Assembly: GCA_020430775.1 (NCBI GenBank)
Contig: JAGQJE010000206.1
Location: forward strand, 1,837 to 65,836
Length of the DNA stretch: 64,000 bases
Origin: Myxococcales bacterium
GTDB lineage: Bacteria; Myxococcota_A; Polyangia; Polyangiales; Houyiibacteriaceae
Direction: 5' to 3'
The position numbers were made by a program, and so were the translations under genes. Shown one piece after another: positions 7,468 to 16,438 of this stretch. Under the pieces are notes generated by a model. It searched no databases. It worked only from the letters and a program-made list of their open reading frames with translations, and was not told where the DNA came from. Position 1 is the first letter of the stretch, and each line of letters begins with the position of its first letter.

Positions 7468-10044
7468 TCAGAAGCTGTTGCCGATGGTGAACTCGAACCG
7501 GACCTTCTTCTCCTGGGGGCGGCGCTTGATCGGGACGCCCCACTCGAAGCGCAGCGGCCCGAGCGGGCTGAGCCAGCGGAAGCCAAAGCCCCAGGACGTG
7601 CGGATGGACGGGTGGATGCCGCAGGGGTCGGTCGCCTGGTCGGGGATGGCCGTGCGTCCGCCCTGGCAGAAGCGCTCTTCGAGGTTCCACGCGTTGCCGC
7701 CGTCCGTGAACACCACGCCGCGGATGCCGATCGACTTGACGATCGGGAACTCGACCTCGAGCTGGTAAAACGCCTCGACGTTGCCGCCGACGACCTCGCC
7801 GTAGGGGTTGATCGGTGCGTTCGGGTCGAGCCGGCTCGGGACGCCGATGCGGGGGCCGAGGTCGTTCAGGCCGAAGCCGCGGATGTTGTAGATGCCGCCG
7901 AGGTAGAAGCGCTCGAAGATCGGGACGCCCTCGGCGAGCCGCGACGTGATGATGCCGAACTCGGTGTTCATCTTGAAGACGAACGGGCCCCACAGGTGGC
8001 GGTACCACCGCAGGAACGCGGTGTGGCGCGTGAAGACGTTCTGCGAGCCGAGGAAGCGGTCGGCGACCTCGGCCGAGTACGACGCGTACACGCCCTTGGT
8101 GGGGAAGAGGCGGTTGTTGCGCGAGTCCCACGCGAGGGTGAGCCGCAGCTCGCTCGTAAGCCCGTCGCGGAAGGTGTTTGCGATGGGCCGGACCTCGAAC
8201 TGCGTGAACCCGGACGCGCTCGAGCTGAGGTCGAACAGACCGCCGGTGCGTGCGCTGATCTTCACGTTCTCCGCGTGGTACTGGAGATACAGGCGCAGGC
8301 GCCGGTCGACGATCGGGTGGCCAAACGTGATCGAGCCGCCGGTCGAGTCCTGGTTGAAGCTCGAGAACTGCCGGATGGTCTTGAAGGCGCTCACGCCGAG
8401 GGACCACTGCGTGCCGAGAAACCACGGCTCGGTGAACGAGAACTGGATGAGCTGACGAATACCCGAGAGCTGAAGCTGCAGGCCGAGCGACTGGCCGCGG
8501 CCGAAGAGGTTGTCCTGTTGGATCTGCGCGGTGAGGATGAAGCTCTCGACCGAGGAGAAGCCAGCCCCGACCTGGAAGGTGCCGGTCGGCTTCTCGGTGA
8601 CCTCGACGTTCAGGACGATGAGGTCGTCGGCCGAGCCGCGCTCCTCCGAGACGTCCACGCTCCCGAAGTACCCGAGCGCAGTGACCTGCTCCTTCGAGTC
8701 CTCGATCTTGCTCTGGCTGTAGAGGTCGCCCTCGCTGATCGTGAGCTCGCGCCGGATGACCTGGTCGCGCGTCTTGGTGTTGCCCCCGATGTGGATGCGC
8801 TCGATGTGTACGAGGTGGCCGCGGTCGATGACCACGTCCACGTCGACGACGTGGTCGCCCGAGTGCATGTGGGTCTGCGGCGCCACGTCGACGTAGGCGT
8901 ACCCGGCGTCGCGGTAGCGACGGGTGATGCCCTGCAGACCCGTGGCGATCGTGCTGCGGTTGAACCACTCGCCCTTGTCGAGGTGGATCTCTTTGCGCAG
9001 CGCCTTCGCGCCGCCGAGCGGCTCGATCTCCTTGCCGTCGGCGTCCTTCTCGATGACGCGGATCTCACCGATCCGGAAGCGCGGCCCCTCGTCGATGGGC
9101 ACGGTGATGTCGATGTGCCGGCGGTCCGGGGTCAGCGCGGTGCGCGGGGTCCCCGTGTTCATCGTGAGGTAGCCCTTGTCGTAGTAGTACGCCGAGAGCC
9201 GCACGACGTCGTCGTCGAAGACGTCGCGCTTGAAGTTGTCGTTCGACGCGAGGAACGAGAAGAAGCCGGTCTGGCTCGTCTGCATGATCGAGCGCAGCTC
9301 GTCGCCGGGGATGTGCGCGTTGCCGACGAAGGCGATGCGGCGCACGGAGACCTGCTTGCCCTCGCGGATCGTCAGAACGACGTCGACCTCGTTGTTGTCC
9401 CCTGGGACCGGCACGAGCTTGTAGGCGACCTGCGCCAGGAAGTAGCCCTTCTCGGCGTAGAGGTCGCGGACCTTGGTGACCTGCTCGCGCACCTTGGTGA
9501 GCGAGAGCACCTCGCCCTCGCGCAGGGTGATCTTCTTGCCGATGTCGTCCTTGCCGACGTGGTGGTTGCCTTTGTAGGTCACGTGGCGGATCGCGGGGCG
9601 CTCGGTGACGGTGACGTGCAGCTCGAGCGAGTCTCCGCGCGCCGTCGCCTCGAAGAGCAGGTCGCTGAAGTACCCGAGGTCCCAGAGCGCGCGGGCGTCG
9701 CGGGTGACCGCCGCGTCTTCGCAGGTCGAGCCGCGGTGCAGCTTCATGGTCGCGCGCACGTCGTCCGGGTCGACGCGGCGCGCCCCGGAGACCGTGATCG
9801 CGGTGATCGTCTTCCCCTCGCAGATGGTGTGCGGGACGTTGACGACGACCTCGGGCGGCGTGCGTGGGGGCGCGTTCGCGTCCTCGGTCGCCGTCTCCGC
9901 GGAGCCGCCGTCCGCCCCACCGGGGCCCTGCGCATGCGTGGCCGCCGGGGCGAGCCCGGCGACGCAAAAGCACAGGAATCCGACGAAAAAGCGGCGCATC
10001 AAGGGCTCGGGGACCGGGCGGCTATAGCCGCGTGGCGCGGGCAA
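7468..10044 (-). CDS. bamA: Outer-membrane protein assembly factor BamA
   Basis: 858 aa. Signal peptide, repeated POTRA-like modules (I..I.V.G...V....V) and a C-terminal Omp85 beta-barrel ending ...RFEFTIGNSF with a terminal aromatic residue. Confidence 0.95.
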   Translation of the reverse strand: MPAPRGYSRPVPEPLMRRFFVGFLCFCVAGLAPAATHAQGPGGADGGSAETATEDANAPPRTPPEVVVNVPHTICEGKTITAITVSGARRVDPDDVRATMKLHRGSTCEDAAVTRDARALWDLGYFSDLLFEATARGDSLELHVTVTERPAIRHVTYKGNHHVGKDDIGKKITLREGEVLSLTKVREQVTKVRDLYAEKGYFLAQVAYKLVPVPGDNNEVDVVLTIREGKQVSVRRIAFVGNAHIPGDELRSIMQTSQTGFFSFLASNDNFKRDVFDDDVVRLSAYYYDKGYLTMNTGTPRTALTPDRRHIDITVPIDEGPRFRIGEIRVIEKDADGKEIEPLGGAKALRKEIHLDKGEWFNRSTIATGLQGITRRYRDAGYAYVDVAPQTHMHSGDHVVDVDVVIDRGHLVHIERIHIGGNTKTRDQVIRRELTISEGDLYSQSKIEDSKEQVTALGYFGSVDVSEERGSADDLIVLNVEVTEKPTGTFQVGAGFSSVESFILTAQIQQDNLFGRGQSLGLQLQLSGIRQLIQFSFTEPWFLGTQWSLGVSAFKTIRQFSSFNQDSTGGSITFGHPIVDRRLRLYLQYHAENVKISARTGGLFDLSSSASGFTQFEVRPIANTFRDGLTSELRLTLAWDSRNNRLFPTKGVYASYSAEVADRFLGSQNVFTRHTAFLRWYRHLWGPFVFKMNTEFGIITSRLAEGVPIFERFYLGGIYNIRGFGLNDLGPRIGVPSRLDPNAPINPYGEVVGGNVEAFYQLEVEFPIVKSIGIRGVVFTDGGNAWNLEERFCQGGRTAIPDQATDPCGIHPSIRTSWGFGFRWLSPLGPLRFEWGVPIKRRPQEKKVRFEFTIGNSF

Positions 10045-10045
10045 G

Positions 10046-10811
<766 letters not shown>

Positions 10812-10819
<8 letters not shown>

Positions 10820-12917
10820 CGTGGAGTGCCTCGACGGGGTGGACGCGGCTCGCGAGCCACGCGGGCGGGAGGGTGGCGAGGACGCAGACGCCGATCGCGA
10901 TGAGCCCGACCCAGGTCAGCTCGACGGGGTCGATGTGCACGGGCAGCCGGTCGACGTAGAGCACGTCGGAGCTGAGACGTATACCGAAGTGCTCGGCAGC
11001 GAACGACACGACGAAGCCGAGGCCGAGCCCGATCGCCGCGCCGAGCACGCCGATGAGCAGCCCCTCGGCGAGGAACACCGCTACCACGCTGCGGCGTGGC
11101 ATGCCCATCGACGCGAGCACGGCCACCTCCCGGCGCTTCTCCTGCACCAAGAGCGTGAGCGTCGCGAAGACGCAAAAGCCCGCGATCAGCACGGCGAGCC
11201 CGAGCGTGACGAACATGGCGAGCTTCTCGAGCTCGAGCGCGCTGAAGAGGCTGTGGTTGATCTCGCGCCAATCGCGGACGCGCAGGCCGTCGGCGTCGAG
11301 CGCTGCCTGGAGCGTGCGCGCGACGGCGGGCGCGGCGGCCGGGTCGACGGTCTTCGCGTCGATGCCCGTGATGGTGTCGCCCGTCTTCAAGAAGCGCTGC
11401 GCCGTGGGCAGCAGGACGAAGGCGAGCTTCATGTCGTACTCGTACATGCCGCTGTAGAAGATGCCCGCCACACGGAACTTGCGGATCTTCGGCACGGGCC
11501 CGGTCGGCCCGAGGCTGCCGAAGGGCGCGATGACGTCGATGTCGTCGCTGACGAAGACGCGCAGGGTGCGCGCGAGCTCCTTGCCGAGGATGATGCCGGG
11601 GATGACGTCGGGGCGCAGCGGCTCGAAGCGCGGCGCGTCCTCCGGCGAGGTGGCGCTCGCGGCGTCGAAGTGAAAGGGCGCCGGCTCGACGCCGCGGCGC
11701 GCCGCCGTGAGGTCCGGCGGTGGGGCGTCGTCGTCGGGGGGCTCGAGCGGAGGAAGGTCCGTCCCGTCGAGGCGCATCCGCTCGTCGCGCAGGCGCTCCG
11801 GGTGGTCGAGGTAGGAGAGCTTACCGTGCTCGAGGTTGGTCCCGAGTGAGGTCACCTCCCCGATGGTCGCCGGATCGATACCGCGGAGGACCGCGCCGGC
11901 CGTGTTCGACGCGCTCGTGACCATCACCTCACCCTCGAGGTATGGGGTCGCGGCGACGACTCCGGCGGTGTCCGCGACGCGCGCGAGCACCGGCCGCCAG
12001 CCCGGGATGCGCGCGTTCGGGCGGTCGACGACGACCTCGGCGTAGTTGCCGAGGATCTTGTGCTGCAGGTCGCTGCGGAAGCCCCCCATCACGCTCAGGA
12101 CGGTGCTCAGCATGCACGTCGAGACGACGACCGCGAGCACGGAGAGCGAGCCGATCACCGTGACGAAGCCGCTCTTACGCGAGCGCAGGTGGCGGGCGGC
12201 GAGGAGGGTGTAGAGGTGGCCGCGCTCGAGCAGGTCGAGCGCACGCGGGAGCGCGCGGAAGAGCACGCGCACCGCGAACGCCGTGGTGAGCGACAGGCGC
12301 GTCGCGGCCTGGGCGAGCGCCGGACCGGGGCCGCTCGCCTCGAGGGGCATCGTCACGGTGGCGTAGAGGAACGCGGCGCACAGGGCGGTGTCCGTCACGA
12401 TCCAGAACCACCGGCGGAAACCCCGCGGGAGCAGAAACCACGCGCCCGCGAGCGTCGCGAAGAGCACGAGCGTCGCCAAGAGGTCGACGCCGCCCGCGAA
12501 CCACACCGCCTGCGTCGGGGGCGGCAGCGCGGCGATCCCCTGCGCCCACGCATCCCGCAGCGACGGGTCCGCGCGGACCGCGGCGCGCAGCAGGGAGAGC
12601 GCGGTGATCGAGCCCGCCGCCTGCCCGAGCGCGAGGACGCCGCCGGCGCCGCTGAGCGCGCCGAGCCGCGCGGCGCCGCGGGTGCCGGGCTGGAGGCGGC
12701 GCACGCGCACCAGGACGAACGCGGCGAGGCAGGCCGTCAGGAGCGCCCCCGCGGCGAGGGCGACCATGAGCGCGCCCGCGTGGTCCACCAGCGCCCCGAG
12801 CAGCGGCGGGGGCTGCGCGAGCAGGGCCGAGACGAGCCCCACGTGGGCGAGGAGCCACAGCGCGAGGACGAACGCGTAGACGCCCGCTGCGCGCCCGGCG
12901 CGCAGCCGTTCGGTCAC
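10812..12917 (-). CDS. LolC/E-type (FtsX/MacB-fold) lipoprotein-release permease with an ~235-aa N-terminal polytopic membrane extension
   Basis: The canonical LolC/E core begins at [27 protein letters not shown]. It has a periplasmic domain and the C-terminal FtsX TM bundle ([14 protein letters not shown]...). Start re-set to GTG 12917, which forms a GTGA overlap with the lysS stop and is preceded by GGAGG. The track's 854-aa version runs through lysS. Confidence 0.8.
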
Positions 12918-14530
12918 TCTGCCTCCGGCCGGAGCAGCGGAAAGAGCAGCACGTCGCGGATCGACGGCTGGCTGCAGAGGGTCATCACGAGGCGATCGAC
13001 GCCGACGCCGAGCCCCGCGGCCGGGGGCATGCCGTGCGAGAGCGCGCGGATGTAGTCGGCGTCGTAGTCCATCGCCTCGTCGTCGCCGCGCGCCTGGTTC
13101 GCGACCTGCGCGCGGAAGCGCTCGGCCTGGTCGTTCGGGTCGTTCAGCTCGCTGAACGCGTTGCCGACCTCGCGTCCGTCGATGAAGAGCTCGAACCGAT
13201 CGGTGAAGGCGGGATCGGCGTCGCTGCGCCGGGCGAGCGGGGAGACCTCGAAGGGGTACTCGAGGATGAAGACAGGCACGGACGACGCGCCGTCGGGCGT
13301 GCGGTACATGTCGGTGAGCAGCGGCTCTGCGAGCAGCTCGTAGAGCACGAAGAGCCGCTCGCCATGAGAGCGGCACGCGGCGAGCTGCTTGCGCGTCACG
13401 GCGTCCACGTCAGCCCCCTCGCACGCGGCCTCGAGCGTCGCGGGCTCATCGAGCGTCCGGCGGGTGATCGTCGCGCCGAACGGCGGCGGGGGGAGCTCCC
13501 CCCGGCGGGAGCGCTCGAGGCGCTCGGCGATCGCGTCGCGGAGAGTGACCCGCCGCCACGTGGCGTCGAGGTCGAAGGTGCGTCCGCCGCGCAGCCGGGG
13601 ATGGCGCTCGCGGAGCGCGGCGTCGGCCGCGCCGAACAGCGCCTCGGCGAGGTCCATGAGGTCTTCGTAGGTCGCGTAGGCCACATAGAGCTCGAGCATC
13701 GAGAACTCGGGGTTGTGACGCGTGCTCACGCCCTCGTTGCGGAAGTTGCGCCCCAGCTCGTAGACGCGGTCGAAGCCGCCGACGACGAGACGCTTCAGGT
13801 AGAGCTCTGGGGCGACGCGAAGATAGAGCGGCAGATCGAGCGCGTTGTGGTGCGTCGCGAAGGGCCGAGCGGTCGCGCCGCCACGCAGCGCCTGGAGGAT
13901 CGGTGTCTCGACCTCGAGGAAGCCGCGCGCGTCGAGGAAGCGCCGCAGCGTCGAGACGATGAGCGACCGCGCCCTGAAGATCTCCGCGACCTCCGGGTTC
14001 GCGAAGAGATCGACGTAGCGCTCGCGGTAGCGCTTCTCGACGTCCTTGAGGCCGTGCCACTTGGCGGGCGGAGGGCGCAGGGCCTTGCCGAGGTGGCGGT
14101 AGTGCGTCGCGCGCAGCGCCAGCGCGCCGGTCCGTGTGCGCACCGCGTGGCCGCGGACGAGTACGTGGTCCGCGAGGTCGAGCAGGGCGAGCTGGCCGCG
14201 CGCGTCGTCGGTGTCGAGCTGCTCCGGGCGCACGAGCGCTTGCGCGTCGCCGTACGGGGTGCGCACGACGAGGAAGGGGCCGCGCTTCGCGACGACGCGG
14301 CCGTAGAGGCTGCGTTCCCCGCCGCTCGGCCCCGCGCCGGCCGGCAGCTCGTCCTCGGTCGGGAGCTTCGCGCGAGCCGCCTCGTCCTCGGCGAGCGCGA
14401 CGAGCGCCGCGCGGTCCGCTTCGATCGCGTCGGTGGCGCGGAAGTCGTTCGGGAAGGGCGCGCTCCCGTGCTGGGCGAGCTGCCCTGCCTTCTCGAGGCG
14501 CGCCGCCGTCAGTTCTTCTTCGCTCGCCAC
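12914..14530 (-). CDS. lysS: Lysine--tRNA ligase (class II)
   Basis: Class II motifs FLEVETPILQ, YLRVAPELYLKRLVVGGFDRVYELGRNFRNEG and GMPPAAGLGVGVDRLVM. Classic prfB-lysS adjacency. Confidence 0.95.
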   Translation of the reverse strand: MASEEELTAARLEKAGQLAQHGSAPFPNDFRATDAIEADRAALVALAEDEAARAKLPTEDELPAGAGPSGGERSLYGRVVAKRGPFLVVRTPYGDAQALVRPEQLDTDDARGQLALLDLADHVLVRGHAVRTRTGALALRATHYRHLGKALRPPPAKWHGLKDVEKRYRERYVDLFANPEVAEIFRARSLIVSTLRRFLDARGFLEVETPILQALRGGATARPFATHHNALDLPLYLRVAPELYLKRLVVGGFDRVYELGRNFRNEGVSTRHNPEFSMLELYVAYATYEDLMDLAEALFGAADAALRERHPRLRGGRTFDLDATWRRVTLRDAIAERLERSRRGELPPPPFGATITRRTLDEPATLEAACEGADVDAVTRKQLAACRSHGERLFVLYELLAEPLLTDMYRTPDGASSVPVFILEYPFEVSPLARRSDADPAFTDRFELFIDGREVGNAFSELNDPNDQAERFRAQVANQARGDDEAMDYDADYIRALSHGMPPAAGLGVGVDRLVMTLCSQPSIRDVLLFPLLRPEAE

Positions 14531-14542
14531 CGCTCGCTCCTG

Positions 14543-15695
14543 CTACGGGTTCGACTTCGGCGCCTTCTTGGCGCTCTTTCTGTCCGCGCTCATCATCAGA
14601 TAGGTCTCGATGAAGTCGTCGAGGTCACCGTCGAGCACCGCGTGGACGTTTCCTGTCTTGTGGTCCGTGCGCTCGTCCTTGACCATCGTGTACGGCTGCA
14701 GCGTGTAGGTCCGAGCCTGCGAGCCGAACGCGATCTCGGACTTGTCGCCGACGAACGCCTCCTCGAACGCCTCCTCGCGCTCGCGCCGCGCCTTCTCGAA
14801 GAGCAGCCCACGGAGCATCTTCATCGCGGTCTCGCGGTTCTGGTGCTGGGAGCGCTCGGCTTCGCAGCGGACGACGAACCCGGACGGTACGTGGCGGATG
14901 CGGACCGCGGACTCGGTCCGGTTGACGTGCTGTCCGCCGGCGCCGCCCGAGCGCATCGTCGAGACCTCGAGATCCTCGTCGCGGATCTCGACCTCTTCCT
15001 CGGTCAGCTCATCGCCGAGGTCGGGGACCACGCTCACGCCCGCGAACGCCGTGTGGCGGCGCTTGTTCGCGTCGAACGGGCTGATGCGGATGAGCCGGTG
15101 CACGCCGTTCTCGGCCCGGAGGTAACCGTACGCGAACGGGCCCTTGACGAGGATCGTGGCGTCCTTGATGCCGGCCTCTTCGCCAGGTTGCTTGCTGAGC
15201 AGGTCCGTCTTGAACCCGCGCCCCTCGCACCACCGCAGGTACATCCGCAGGAGCATCTCCGCCCAGTCCTGGGCGTCGACGCCGCCCGCGCCCGGGTTGA
15301 TGGTGACGATGGCGTCGTGGTCGTCGTCCGCGCCGAGCATCCGCCCGAGCTCGAGCGCCCGGACGCGCGCCTCGATCGCGGGGACCTGGCCGGCGATCTC
15401 GCGGACCATGGCCTCGTCGCCTTCCTCCGCGGCGAGCTCCATCAGCCCCTGCAGGTCCGCCACCTCGCGCGTCGCGGACTCGAAGTCCTCGACGGTCGCC
15501 TCGGCGGTCGCACGCTCGCGCATCAGCCGCTCCGCGTGCTTCGGATCGTCCCAGAACCCCGGCTGCGAGCTGAGGTTCGTCAGGCGCGCGACGGTGTGGC
15601 GGAGACCGTCGAGGTCAAAGATACCTCCCCAGCGCCTCGAGGCGCTGGGCGAGATCGGTGAGCTGGACGCTGCACTCGCCTTCGGTCATCGACAT
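14543..15695 (-). CDS. prfB: Peptide chain release factor 2, requiring a programmed +1 ribosomal frameshift at 15617
   Basis: ORF1 is ATG 15695 to in-frame TGA 15617-15615, 26 codons (MSMTEGECSVQLTDLAQRLEALGRYL*). The +1 frame continues LDLDGLRHTVARL...FWDDP... into the track ORF 14543..15523. RF2 SPF motif (RISPFD) and GGQ (GGAGGQHVN) are present. Confidence 0.95.
15614..15629 (-). promoter_or_regulatory. RF2 autoregulatory +1 frameshift cassette (internal SD-like GGGAGG, then UAU CUU UGA C)
   Basis: The minus strand reads GGGAGG TAT CTT TGA C, with the SD-like element 3 nt before the CUU slippery codon. This is the canonical E. coli-type prfB recoding site. Confidence 0.92.
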
Positions 15696-15790
15696 GGCTG
15701 CATCTCCGGGGCGAACGGGTAGCCCGCAGCGCAGGGGGTGTCAACGCCGCGAGCGCACGAAGCGGGTCGCAGGGGCGGGGGCGGGGTGGG

Positions 15791-16300
15791 TTAGTGGGCG
15801 GCGTGTTGCCAGGCGCGTAGGGCGTCGTCGGTGAAGAGGACGAAGCGGATCTCGTCGAGGTCCCAGGCGCGTTCGCGAGCGACGGCGACGGCGATCGGGG
15901 CGGCCCGCACGAGCGGGTAGCCGAAGACGCCGCACGAGATGGCGGGGAACGCCACGGTGCGGAGGGCGTGGGATTCCGCGAGCTCGAGGGAGGCGCGGTG
16001 GGCGGCGGCGAGGAGGTCGGCGTCCTGGGGGCGCCCTCGGTACACTGGTCCGACGGTGTGGATGACGTAGCGCGCGAGGAGGTCGCCGGCGGTGGTGATG
16101 CGGGCCTCGCCGGTCGGGCAGCGCACGCCGGGGCGCACCTCCGGGACGGCTTCGCACGCGCGGCGCAGGGCGGGTCCCGCGGCGCGGTGGATGGCGCCGT
16201 CGACCCCGCCGCCGCCGAGCATGCGCTCGTTCGCGGCGTTCACGATGGCGTCGACCGACTGGGCGGTCAGATCGCCGCGGAGGACGGTGAGCTGCGGCAT
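15791..16300 (-). CDS. Macro-domain protein (O-acetyl-ADP-ribose deacetylase / ADP-ribose-binding, YmdB-like)
   Basis: Motifs DAIVNAANE, GGGGVDGAIH, YVIHTVGPV and FPAISCGVFGYP across 169 aa. Confidence 0.9.
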   Translation of the reverse strand: MPQLTVLRGDLTAQSVDAIVNAANERMLGGGGVDGAIHRAAGPALRRACEAVPEVRPGVRCPTGEARITTAGDLLARYVIHTVGPVYRGRPQDADLLAAAHRASLELAESHALRTVAFPAISCGVFGYPLVRAAPIAVAVARERAWDLDEIRFVLFTDDALRAWQHAAH

Positions 16301-16329
16301 GATAGCGTTGCCCTGGACCGCAAGTGCGC

Positions 16330-16358
16330 TTGACTCGAAAACACCGCACTTCTAGGCT
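16330..16358 (+). promoter_or_regulatory. Candidate sigma70-type promoter for the S1-domain gene
   Basis: TTGACT (16330-16335), 17 nt, TAGGCT (16353-16358), about 80 nt upstream of ATG 16439. Hexamer match by eye only. Confidence 0.3.
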
Positions 16359-16438
16359 CCGCTGCCCTGTTTGTCCAGCGTGAGCGGGGGCTCGTCCCGT
16401 CCACCGCGGCGTGAGCGTGCGCCCGAAGAGTCTCTCCG

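Noticed and set aside
12918-13376. The track's 854-aa version of the LolC/E-like ORF, which extends 459 nt into lysS
   Set aside because: The extension is out of frame with a well-supported lysS and has an Arg/Pro/His-rich nonsense-like sequence. A GTG with an upstream GGAGG and a GTGA overlap at 12917 gives a coherent membrane-protein N-terminus.
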